NCBI GenBank assembly: GCA_030596405.1
Contig: JAUVKB010000001.1
Coordinates: forward strand, 1 to 34,570
Direction of reading: 5' to 3'
From: Deltaproteobacteria bacterium
Lineage (GTDB): Bacteria > Desulfobacterota > Desulfobacteria > Desulfobacterales > JAUVKB01
Length of the DNA: 34,570 nt
Part shown: positions 20,221-28,838 of the stretch, in pieces
Position numbering within the stretch: position 1 is the first letter of the stretch
How the letters are laid out: every line of letters starts with the position of its first letter
Notes under the pieces: model-generated
The model's input: the letters and a program-made list of their open reading frames with translations, nothing else
Databases searched by the model: none
What the model was told of the DNA's origin: nothing
Program-made: the position numbers and the translations under genes

Positions 20221-21132
20221 ATGACTCTGATAAATATTGCACCGAGACTCTATCTTATTTCGCTTGACCAGAATCTGCCCGGATTCATTTCTTTTATTGG
20301 GGCGTGGCTTTATAAAGGGGAAAAAACTTTTTTAGTGGATCCGGGGCCTTCCGCCACCATACCAAACCTTATGAAATCTTTGGCAGAGCTTGAAGTACAA
20401 CACCTTGACGCAATCCTTTTGACACATATCCATATCGATCATGCAGGAGGTATCGGAGATCTTAGTTCCTGTTTTCCCGATACTCCGATAGTCTGCCACA
20501 AGTTAGGCATTAAACATCTGGCGGAACCTTCCCGTTTATGGGAAGGAAGTCTTAAAACCCTGGGCAAGACGGCCGAAGCTTATGGGCCTATCAGTCCTGT
20601 TTCTTCTGATCAGCTTTTTGATGCGGCCAACTTCCAGGATGGTATAATCACACCTGTTCTTACTCCGGGACATGCCGCGCATCATGTAAGCTATATATTG
20701 GAACCTTATCTTTTTGCAGGCGAGACAGGAGGTGTTTTTATAGATATTCCAGGCGGGCGATTTTATCTTAGGCCGGCCACCCCCCCACCGTTTTTTTTAG
20801 ACACGTGTATTTAGTGTATGGATGTGCTGTTAGACAGCAAGCCCGAGAAAATATGCTATGGCCATTTCGGCATGCAGGATAATGCTGTAAAGATGTTGAA
20901 AATGCATAGAGAACAGCTTTTTCTCTGGAAAAATATTATCGATGATGAAATAAAAAATTCCCGCCCGGAAGAATTTGTTGATGCATGTATAGACAGACTT
21001 TTAAAGAATGACCCATTTTTAAAAGGATTTTTCGATATGGGTAAAGACGTTCAGGAAAGAGAGTGGGGATTTTTGAAAAACAGTGTCAAGGGGTATAAAG
21101 GATATTTAAAAACCGTCGCTGACAATCCTTAA
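20221..21132 (+). pseudogene. MBL-fold metallo-hydrolase interrupted by a single in-frame TAG (20812-20814)
   Basis: ORFs 20221-20814 and 20818-21132 are in the same frame and are separated only by TAG-TGT. Motif HIHIDHAGG (HxHxDH) and PGHAAHH lie upstream of the stop. The last metal-ligand context ICYGHFG lies downstream. One ~302-aa protein is therefore required for an intact fold. Confidence 0.65.
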
Positions 21133-21873
21133 TCCTTCCAGGGTCAAGTCCGGTTCTACAGATTCGATTGTTTCTGAGACATTATTCAGGAGTGATGCCA
21201 TGCCGCCTGTGGCAATTACCTTTGGATTTGAGGCCATTTCGATTTTCATCCGTTGAACAATTCCGTCCACAAGCCCGGCATACCCAAAAATTATACCCGC
21301 CTTTATACTGCTTGTTGTATCTTTCCCGATTACCTGCGTGGGAGGAACAAAGATTTCGACCCTTGGCAGTTTAGATGCTTTTTTAAACAGCGCCTCCGAG
21401 GAGATCATGATTCCCGGACTTATAGCGCCGCCGAGATACTCCCCCCTGGCAGAAATGGAATCAAAGGTCGTGGCAGTGCCGAAATCTATAACAATAAGGC
21501 TGGTTTTGTATTTTTGAAAGGCTGCTATCGCATTAACTATCCTGTCTGCTCCAACTTCTTCGGGGTTGTGGTAAAGTATAGGCATTTGAGTAACGGATCC
21601 GGCATCGACCCAGCAGGGCTCATGCCCCAAATATTTTCGGCAAAAAGAATCTAAAATGGTTACCATGGGTGGAACTACACAGGAAATAACGGTTTTGCCG
21701 ATGCTCCCTGTATTAATGCTGCTTCCGGCAAAAAGATTGGTTGCCAGAATGTTAAATTCATCTTCCGTTGTATCTTTTTCAGTGCGTATACGCCAGTTTT
21801 TAACCAGACGATTACCACTATAAACACCCATCACGGTATTTGTATTTCCAACATCGATAACCAGGAGCATCAT
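21106..21873 (-). CDS. coaX: Type III pantothenate kinase
   Basis: MMLLVIDVGNTNTVMGVY N-terminus, IDFGTATTFD, and GGAISPG motifs of CoaX. The 3' end overlaps the MBL gene 3' end by 27 nt (convergent). Confidence 0.93.
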   Translation of the reverse strand: MMLLVIDVGNTNTVMGVYSGNRLVKNWRIRTEKDTTEDEFNILATNLFAGSSINTGSIGKTVISCVVPPMVTILDSFCRKYLGHEPCWVDAGSVTQMPILYHNPEEVGADRIVNAIAAFQKYKTSLIVIDFGTATTFDSISARGEYLGGAISPGIMISSEALFKKASKLPRVEIFVPPTQVIGKDTTSSIKAGIIFGYAGLVDGIVQRMKIEMASNPKVIATGGMASLLNNVSETIESVEPDLTLEGLRIVSDGF

Positions 21874-21916
21874 TATATAAATATTTCTCCATTAAAGGAA
21901 CAGCTAAAATAACAAA

Positions 21917-22570
21917 CTAAAATAACAACAAGAGACCGCAAGCCTCTTGATTCTGCTTGACGGTTCCCCCAAAAAGACCGGCAATATTTTCTAACCTCGA
22001 CCATTTTTCCGATGAAGATATGTTCTGGAAAAATTCGGTTTTGTCTGCAAAATTTCCATCACATGAGAGTTGGACACCAATTTTGTCTTCCGTTTTACTA
22101 AGGTGAATATCTATCCGCCCTCCTTCAGACATCAAATCCAGGCAGCATTCAAAACATGCCAACAATCCCATCTGTAGATGAACCGGATTTGTTTCAACAG
22201 CAATGGCTTGATCCGGGGGGTGAAGCTTTAAAACAACGTTTTTTAACCTGGCAAATCGCTGTGATAAATCGACCAGCACTTCAACTGTTTCATAAAGGTC
22301 GATTTTTGATGTGGTTTCGTCCGTGCTATGGGCGAATTTGTTAAGGCGGGATGTCAATTCCACTCCCCGTTGAATCTGTTCCTTTATGACGGACAGGGCT
22401 TTTTTTATTTTTTCCTCATGAGGGAGAGGCGCCTCTTGCAGCATAAACATCAGATCTTCCATAAGACCGGAAGATTCTTTTATGATCGCCAGAACATTTT
22501 TCATTTCATGGGTAACGCCCGCAGTTATTTTTCCAAAAAATGCGATTTCTTTATAATCTGATTCTTTCAT
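21917..22570 (-). CDS. Soluble histidine-kinase-like protein with H-box but degenerate ATP-binding domain
   Basis: The H-box GVTHEMKNVLAII resembles that of the adjacent kinase (GVAHEINNPMAII). The region where the N, G1 and G2 boxes should lie reads LLACFECCLD / SCDGNF / no GxGLGL. Confidence 0.65.
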   Translation of the reverse strand: MKESDYKEIAFFGKITAGVTHEMKNVLAIIKESSGLMEDLMFMLQEAPLPHEEKIKKALSVIKEQIQRGVELTSRLNKFAHSTDETTSKIDLYETVEVLVDLSQRFARLKNVVLKLHPPDQAIAVETNPVHLQMGLLACFECCLDLMSEGGRIDIHLSKTEDKIGVQLSCDGNFADKTEFFQNISSSEKWSRLENIAGLFGGTVKQNQEACGLLLLF

Positions 22571-22599
22571 GATATTTCCTCAAAACACGCCTTGTTCCA

Positions 22600-22968
22600 T
22601 TATCGGCTATTAATCGCTTCTTGCATTTTCTTGATTAATTCATCGATATTTAACGGTTTCATCAAGTAATCATACGCGCTTTCCAGCATCGTTTCAATTT
22701 CTTGCTCAGTAGAACCATGTCCGGTCAGAAGAATAACCGGAATTTGTGAGTTTATAGCTTTAATCCTCTGAAGAACTTCCAGACCTCCCAGGCCCGGCAT
22801 CATAACATCCAAAACTACTATATCCGGAGAATCATTTTCAATGATTCGCAGCGCTATCTCACCGTTTGTGGCGACCTGAACATTTATTCCTCTCAAATCG
22901 AGCCTTTCCGCCAAAGTCGTGACAAATTCTTCCTCATCATCAACAAGTACAACTTTCCAGTCGGCCAT
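22600..22968 (-). CDS. Single-domain response regulator (CheY-like receiver)
   Basis: VVLVDDE..., phospho-acceptor context IVVLDVMMPGLGG, LLTGHG, and YLMKP. The start abuts the kinase stop (22969), and GGGGGGA lies upstream. Confidence 0.92.
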   Translation of the reverse strand: MADWKVVLVDDEEEFVTTLAERLDLRGINVQVATNGEIALRIIENDSPDIVVLDVMMPGLGGLEVLQRIKAINSQIPVILLTGHGSTEQEIETMLESAYDYLMKPLNIDELIKKMQEAINSR

Positions 22969-24699
22969 TTATCCCCCCTGTTCATTTTTGGGTTTTTTCA
23001 GCAAATAAACTGTAAAGGTCGTGCCCTCTCTTTCCTGGCTCTGCACCTTGAAATCCCCGCCTAGTTTTTTTACAATTCCATAGGTGATAGGAAGCCCCAG
23101 ACCGGTGCCGGTCCCCTTTTTGGTCGTAAAAAAAGGTTCAAATATATGATGGAGAACATCTTCCGACATACCGCATCCATTATCCCTGATAGAGACACCA
23201 ACAGTATCGGCATCGTTATCCCATGTTGTGATAGTAATCTGTCCGCCATCTTCCACAGCGGCAAAAGCATTCGTGAGGATATTAAGGAAAACCTGTTGGA
23301 GTTGCCCCCTGTCTGAAGATATATGGGGCAAATCATCCGCAAGGTTGATGTTTAGATTGATTTTTCGATACAAGGCTTCCCTTTCAAGAAAGCCGATCAC
23401 CTCTTTAATGATTTTATTCAGATCCAACACCTCAAAAAGCACTTCTAAACGGCGTGCAAAACCCAACAGGCGATGGGTAATAGTTTTGCAACGTTCAACT
23501 GATTGAATAATCGATTCCGTCAGCTCAAGCAGCTTCGCTTTTTTTTTGAAATCCGGAGTAAATTCGACTATATCCTTCATTAAGCCGGCTTTTTCATTGA
23601 TTATGGCCATTGGGTTGTTAATTTCATGGGCTACGCCGGCGGCCAGTCTTCCGATGGATGAAAGCTTGTGGCTGTGTTCCAGCTCCCTGAGGGCCGACTC
23701 CCGCTTTTCAACAGCTTCTCGAATCTGTCTGACCAATATACCTGTAAGCTTGATAATTACTAAAATAATCACCACAATGCTGACGATAAAGATAAAGAAC
23801 ATTTTGTTTTTAAGCGTATACCACGACTTTAAAACAACGGAATGTGGTTTGATTGCAACCAGTGTATAATCATACTCCATAAAATGGTTGTAGGCCAAAA
23901 ACACATCAACCCCACGAGGATCTTTTGTTTCTATCACGCTGGTTCCGCTGTGTTTTGTCTGGGGAATTAAAAAGGGGCAATGTTCCAGTATTTTCCCGTA
24001 AAATTTAGAGTTGGTCTGAAAAATGCCTTCCCGGTTTATTAAGAAGGCATCACTTTTTGGGTCAAGTTCCATGGAAGAAATAAGATTGTCAAATCTGTAA
24101 GTATCGATTGTGGCGCGCAGTGTCCAGGCCTTGTCTCTTGCCGATAAATGCTGAGCGGCAACAGCAATGTGGGGAAACTTGCGGTATCCCATAAAAACGT
24201 CACTGACATATTCACCCCTTAACTGGGCCTCCTGAAACCAGCTCTGCTCGGAATAGTTTTTTCCCAAAAGTTCATAAGGGCCGCAATAACTTACCTGTAT
24301 GCCGTGGTCATCAATCACTCCCAAATCGACAAACCCACCGAATTCCTTTTTTAAAACCAGCAAAATATGACTCAGCGTCTTAGTATTCGACAACTCCTCA
24401 AAACGATAAGCAGATGCGATGAATTTTACGGTAGAGAGCCGTTCTTCCAATAAAAGTTCAAAGGAATGCCTTGTCTTGTCCGACATTATACGTAAGGGGT
24501 TGATCGTTTCGTTTTTAAGCTCTGTCTGATATTGATGATAATTAATGGCTGCCATGACAGTAATGGGAACAATAGTCACCACGATCATTAATACAATCAT
24601 ATTTCTGCGAAGTTTATGGCGGCGAATTGGAGAGATATTTTCATCATTGTAATACAATAAGCCTCTGGTTAAAGTGCTTATCCATTTATTAATACCCAT
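22969..24699 (-). CDS. Sensor histidine kinase with periplasmic Cache-type domain
   Basis: Two TM helices flank a ~250-aa Cache-like domain. H-box AAGVAHEINNPMAI, N-box NILTNAFAA, G1 DNGCGM, and G2 GTGLGLPI. Confidence 0.92.
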   Translation of the reverse strand: MGINKWISTLTRGLLYYNDENISPIRRHKLRRNMIVLMIVVTIVPITVMAAINYHQYQTELKNETINPLRIMSDKTRHSFELLLEERLSTVKFIASAYRFEELSNTKTLSHILLVLKKEFGGFVDLGVIDDHGIQVSYCGPYELLGKNYSEQSWFQEAQLRGEYVSDVFMGYRKFPHIAVAAQHLSARDKAWTLRATIDTYRFDNLISSMELDPKSDAFLINREGIFQTNSKFYGKILEHCPFLIPQTKHSGTSVIETKDPRGVDVFLAYNHFMEYDYTLVAIKPHSVVLKSWYTLKNKMFFIFIVSIVVIILVIIKLTGILVRQIREAVEKRESALRELEHSHKLSSIGRLAAGVAHEINNPMAIINEKAGLMKDIVEFTPDFKKKAKLLELTESIIQSVERCKTITHRLLGFARRLEVLFEVLDLNKIIKEVIGFLEREALYRKINLNINLADDLPHISSDRGQLQQVFLNILTNAFAAVEDGGQITITTWDNDADTVGVSIRDNGCGMSEDVLHHIFEPFFTTKKGTGTGLGLPITYGIVKKLGGDFKVQSQEREGTTFTVYLLKKPKNEQGG

Positions 24700-24723
24700 T
24701 ATTACCTCGCAGTGGCAGACTTT

Positions 24724-25533
24724 TTATAGGCAGATTCCATATTGTTTTGTTTTAACAACGGATTCTTTGAGATACTGAAAAACACCGGCCCCTTCTTTAG
24801 AAGCTTTTTCCTTTCCCATGACGACCAGGTTAACAAAATTTATTTTCTCTTTGTTTAAACTGCTGATCTGTTCATCAATGAGCTTTATGGTATTGCTGAA
24901 TGTGCTGTAAACAACAAAGGGACCGAACAAGATTTCTCCGTCCTTTTTTTTGGTTAACGCGCCGATAACATTTTGATCCGGCAGTTTAAAGACTTTTGGC
25001 GGAGAAATATATCCAAGCAGCTCGGCAAAAAGGGCAAGGGATTCTATTACGCCGTCTTTATTCCCTATTTCCAGAGCTGTTGCCGCGTCTTTTTCGATTT
25101 CATCCATGTCAGACTCGTCAAAGGAAAGGTCGAGCATGTCGATACATTCTTTTTGGATAATTTTGACGGTCTCTTCTTTTTTGCTGATAATAACATCAGC
25201 ATCGTTTAATATTTTAATTATATTTCGCACGCTCAGCATTTCTTTGACCGAGGGGCTTTTTCGCAGCCCGATATCTTCCGCCGAGGTGTTGTAAATGGCA
25301 AGATCATTATCGAGCACCAGAATCTTTTCCTTACCGGAATTATCTTTCATAATGTAAAGATCAAGATCCCGCTCCCGCCTAAACATGCAAGAGCGCATTT
25401 CAAGGAGCAACCGCATTGTTTTTTTGTCAACCTTATGGGTGCCGTCAACAGGAGAGATATCGATAGACTTTAACACCTTACTGGCCAACCGGTCTATCGT
25501 AATTTTTTTTAAAAGATTTTTTTTAAACGTCAT
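24724..25533 (-). CDS. Hypothetical cytoplasmic protein (269 aa), first gene of the two-component operon
   Basis: Long ORF with ATG 25533 and AAGGGGA upstream. It ends 24 nt before the kinase start. No TM segment was seen and no motif was recognised. Confidence 0.6.
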   Translation of the reverse strand: MTFKKNLLKKITIDRLASKVLKSIDISPVDGTHKVDKKTMRLLLEMRSCMFRRERDLDLYIMKDNSGKEKILVLDNDLAIYNTSAEDIGLRKSPSVKEMLSVRNIIKILNDADVIISKKEETVKIIQKECIDMLDLSFDESDMDEIEKDAATALEIGNKDGVIESLALFAELLGYISPPKVFKLPDQNVIGALTKKKDGEILFGPFVVYSTFSNTIKLIDEQISSLNKEKINFVNLVVMGKEKASKEGAGVFQYLKESVVKTKQYGICL

Positions 25534-25778
25534 GATACGTTTATCCCCTTTGCTCGACCCAACATCCGGCGCTTAAAACAGATAGTTTTTATTAAATTTA
25601 CCATCCGGATAAAACATACAAACCATCCTTTGCGCAACCGTTTGAGTTTTATAAATTTTCTATTCCTAAAAGAGGACTTATGGCAAAGATATATAAAGCC
25701 TCTATAGTTACGCGATTTTCAATGGGTGGAAGTTTATGATAAATTTGTTTATATGTCAAATATGTCGGTATGCCGCTG

Positions 25779-25800
25779 CAGGGTAACCGCATTTGGAATT
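25779..25800. repeat. Third copy of the CAGGGTAACCGCATTTGGAATT motif
   Basis: An 18-nt stretch matches exactly the reverse complement of 17207-17224, and 20 of 22 positions match 17024-17045. A degenerate inverted partner may lie at 25911-25931, whose reverse complement is AGGGTCACGAGCGATTTGCGG. Confidence 0.7.
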
Positions 25801-26121
25801 TATGGTCTAAAAGCCATAACCTGTTAAAATACTGTGGGATTTTATCAATGGAAGGTAAGGATGTCACAAACAGAAATTCCAACAATCGCTAAATACCGGC
25901 CTCAAGATGACCGCAAATCGCTCGTGACCCTATAAGGAATCATCAGGTGCACAGTATGTCACTTGGGGCCGGGTACTTACGACATGACTGTTCTTAAATA
26001 TTCCCATATAGATTGATTTTGATTTTTTTTCAAATAACATAAATCACGACCGCTTTTGCGTATAAAGCCACCCGCTTCTGATGGCAGGAGGAACAAAAAT
26101 GCCTTTATTTACAAAAAAAAC

Positions 26122-27495
26122 TTACCCGTAAGTTTTTAGTTTTCTTCTAAGGGTGTTTATTCCTATATCCAAAAGTCTGGCTGTTTGAGATTTATTTCTT
26201 CCTGTTTGATCATATGTCTTGAGAATATACGATTTTTCAACGTCAGCCAGAGAAACTATACTATTTATTTCTTTTTGATACTGTTTGTCCGGTATAGTTT
26301 TTTTTGTTTTTTTAATCCGCATTTGCCCTGGAAGAAAATTTGCGGTTATAATTTTTCCTTGAGCCAGATTTACGGCAGACTGAATAATTGCCTTTAGTTC
26401 CCTGATATTCCCGGGATAATCGTAATCCATAAGTAAAGACATGGCTTGCTCTTCAACAAAGCAACTACCGGAATTACCGGAAAACTCCTTTAAAAATTTA
26501 TTTATCAACAACGGTATGTCATTTTTTCTCTCCCGGAGGGGCGGAAGGTGGAGCCACCCCCCTCTGAGACGGTAATATAGATCCTTGCGAAACATCTTTT
26601 TGTCCATCAATATATCAAGGTCTTCATTCGTGGCTGCAATAAAGCGGATATCAACTTTTTGCTGCGCGCTGTTCCCTAACTTGATATATTCTCCGGACTG
26701 GAGGACCCGAAGCAATTTTCCTTGAAGTTCGGGTGACAGGTTGCCGATTTCATCCAAAAAGACTGTTCCCTGGTTTGTGTATTCAAGGTGGCCGGAACGA
26801 TTTTTGTCCGCACCTGTAAAAGCACCCTTTGTATGGCCGAAAAACTCGGCATCAAAAAGATTGCCGGCTATAGAAGCCATGTTGATCGGAGTAAACGGAA
26901 ATTTTGATCTTGCGCTTACAGTGTGAATAGCCCTGGCCAAAAGTTCCTTGCCGGTGCCGCTTTCTCCTGTAATTAAAACAGGGACATCACTTAGAGCGTG
27001 CAGTTCTGTTTCCTTCAATATCTTAAGGATCTTATGCGATCTTGTTATAATAGGTTTAAATGCTTTTACATTTATTAATTTCGGCAGGGTCTTCTTTTTT
27101 TCAATATCAAGAATATCGAGCAGCCGTTTCCTTTCCATAGACCGGTTAATTGCCGAAAGCAGGTCTTCTTTAGAAACAGGCTTGACAAGATAATCATATG
27201 CTCCTTTTTTTAAGCATTCCACCGCGGTCCTGGCTTCATTCACAGCGGTTACCATTATACACTCGGTGTTGGGACTGGTGTTTTTTATTATCTCAAGGAG
27301 TTTGATCCCATCCATACCGGGCATTGTCATATCGATCAGGGCAATATCAAAAATTTCGTCTTGCTCAAAAATTAAAGCAGCCTTTACAGGATCATCCTCA
27401 AGTACGATGTTTTTATATCCTGTTTCGGTCAATTTTATTTTTAATATTTCAAGAAAATCGAGGTCGTCGTCAATAATTATAATATTACCGGTCAT
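26122..27495 (-). CDS. Sigma-54-dependent response regulator (NtrC family: receiver, AAA+, Fis-type HTH)
   Basis: Receiver domain with IALIDMTMPGMDG. AAA+ domain with GESGTGKELLARAIH and the sigma-54 contact loop GAFTGA. C-terminal HTH QTARLLDIGINTLRRKLKTYG. Confidence 0.95.
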   Translation of the reverse strand: MTGNIIIIDDDLDFLEILKIKLTETGYKNIVLEDDPVKAALIFEQDEIFDIALIDMTMPGMDGIKLLEIIKNTSPNTECIMVTAVNEARTAVECLKKGAYDYLVKPVSKEDLLSAINRSMERKRLLDILDIEKKKTLPKLINVKAFKPIITRSHKILKILKETELHALSDVPVLITGESGTGKELLARAIHTVSARSKFPFTPINMASIAGNLFDAEFFGHTKGAFTGADKNRSGHLEYTNQGTVFLDEIGNLSPELQGKLLRVLQSGEYIKLGNSAQQKVDIRFIAATNEDLDILMDKKMFRKDLYYRLRGGWLHLPPLRERKNDIPLLINKFLKEFSGNSGSCFVEEQAMSLLMDYDYPGNIRELKAIIQSAVNLAQGKIITANFLPGQMRIKKTKKTIPDKQYQKEINSIVSLADVEKSYILKTYDQTGRNKSQTARLLDIGINTLRRKLKTYG

Positions 27496-27640
27496 TTACC
27501 CTCCCCCTTGTCTGTAACTTCTCAATCACCGGTACCAAGCAGGGTGCTTGCCTGGATTGATTTAGGAGTCACCCTTTAACCTTCCTTAGTAAATGCAAAG
27601 TTTTAGCGATATTACAGCATTCGTATCAAAAAAGACTGTG

Positions 27641-27710
27641 CCAAAATGGAAGATACGGACTATAACAGCTTGAATTAAAAATAATTTCTTAACTACATAT
27701 CCCATTTTGG
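27641..27710. promoter_or_regulatory. Candidate enhancer (UAS): inverted CCAAAATGG / CCATTTTGG pair
   Basis: The 9-nt cores at 27641-27649 and 27702-27710 are exact reverse complements. They lie 114-183 nt upstream of the -24 element. The adjacent near-palindrome GGAACAATTGTCC is at 27709-27721. Confidence 0.4.
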
Positions 27711-27823
27711 AACAATTGTCCATATATTTCAAATTTATTCAACACAAAAGCCGATATTTCCACACCTCCTATAACGCTTTGATTATACATGTATTTCGGT
27801 TATATGCCCGGCAATATTTTTTG

Positions 27824-27839
27824 TGGCACGCTGCTTGCT
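27824..27839 (+). promoter_or_regulatory. Sigma-54 (-24/-12) promoter
   Basis: TGGCACGCTGCTTGCT matches TGGCAC-N5-TTGCW at every conserved position. It lies 84 nt upstream of ATG 27923 and is divergent from a sigma-54 activator gene. Confidence 0.85.
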
Positions 27840-27922
27840 CTATTTACTGATTAAAGCAAAATTCAGGTTTTACAAAGCTGTTATTTTTCATAATCTTTTA
27901 AGGCCTTTTAAGGAATTTAAGT

Positions 27923-28798
27923 ATGGATTTAAAAAACAAATTTAACGCAGGGGAATTTGTCATTCTGGCGGAGATTGAGCCTCCCAAGGGTGTGGATATA
28001 TCCACGATGGTAACCAACGCCACAATGGTAAAAGGAAAAGCGGATGCATTGCTGGTGCCGGAAATGAGCAACGCGGTTATGCGGATGAGCGCACTCGGCG
28101 GCGCTATGATCCTCCAGGGCAAAGTGATGGAAACGGTGATGCAGGTTAACTGCCGGGACAGGAATCGATTGGCTTTGCAGGCTGATTTGCTGGCAGCATC
28201 CGCATGCGGCATAACCGGTATCATGGCTGTAACAGGAGAAGATCCGAGTTTCGGAGACCACCAGCAGGCCAAGGCGGTATATGACATTGACCTGCCGGAG
28301 CTGCTTGATTCCATTCATAAGCTTCAACAAGGTCGGGATATGGCTGGAATTGATCTTTGCGGTTCTCCACAATTTCTGGTTGGTTCTACGGTTAATCCTG
28401 GGCTCAAGGGGATGGCGCTTGAGCTTGAACTTACAGAAATGAAAAAAAAGATTGATGCCGGGGTTGAATTTTTAATAATGCCGCCTCTGTTTGATCTTGA
28501 TTCCATTGAGCCGTTTTTAAAGATGGTTGATCACCGGAAGACGCATATCATTCCCACGGTATTACTGCTTAAATCAGTGGGGATGGCCCGATATATTGAT
28601 CGTAATATGGATCATGTGCATGTCTCGGCACAGCTTATAAAAAGATTGCAAAAAGCGCCGGACAAAGTGCGCGAATGCATAAAAATCGCATCTGAAATGG
28701 TTTCTGTTTTAAAACGGGAAGGGTTCAGCGGAGTCCTTCTTTCCACCATAGGCTGGGAAGACAGGCTCGCTGAAATTATTGATGGGAGCAAGGGATAA
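27923..28798 (+). CDS. Methylenetetrahydrofolate reductase family protein (MetF-like paralogue 1)
   Basis: 291 aa. The N-terminus [14 protein letters not shown] is an acetogen-type MetF opening, and the rest has a TIM-barrel-like pattern ([12 protein letters not shown]..., [21 protein letters not shown]). AAGGAA lies 8 nt before the ATG. Confidence 0.8.
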   Translation: MDLKNKFNAGEFVILAEIEPPKGVDISTMVTNATMVKGKADALLVPEMSNAVMRMSALGGAMILQGKVMETVMQVNCRDRNRLALQADLLAASACGITGIMAVTGEDPSFGDHQQAKAVYDIDLPELLDSIHKLQQGRDMAGIDLCGSPQFLVGSTVNPGLKGMALELELTEMKKKIDAGVEFLIMPPLFDLDSIEPFLKMVDHRKTHIIPTVLLLKSVGMARYIDRNMDHVHVSAQLIKRLQKAPDKVRECIKIASEMVSVLKREGFSGVLLSTIGWEDRLAEIIDGSKG

Positions 28799-28838
28799 GC
28801 CGCAAACTATATTTATGCAACACAAAAACGGGGTACTG

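Noticed and set aside
20812-20814. Pyrrolysine decoding of the TAG in the MBL hydrolase
   Set aside because: Pyl is essentially confined to methylamine methyltransferases. No pyl genes or PYLIS-like context are visible here. It is kept only as a low-probability alternative to a nonsense mutation or sequencing error.
20818-21132. Treating the 104-aa ORF as an independent gene
   Set aside because: It is in-frame with the upstream ORF and begins 3 nt after the stop. It has no SD and carries the final MBL metal-ligand motif, which is meaningless on its own.
25649-25885. 78-aa minus-strand ORF in the 590-nt gap
   Set aside because: It has no SD, no recognisable family, and it runs through the repeat motif. 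It is treated as non-coding.
26099-26131. 10-codon mini-ORF (MPLFTKKTYP) with a near-ideal AGGAGG-N7-ATG
   Set aside because: It overlaps the 3' end of the convergent activator gene and has nothing downstream to regulate on that strand. It is too short to evaluate from sequence alone. Ribosome profiling data would be the only useful check.
27898-28372. Antisense ORFs inside metF-like, and similar ones inside hdrA (31941-32357, 32409-32966) and inside the DUF4198 gene (10271-10783)
   Set aside because: These are shadow frames of well-supported genes, with no start signals or motifs.
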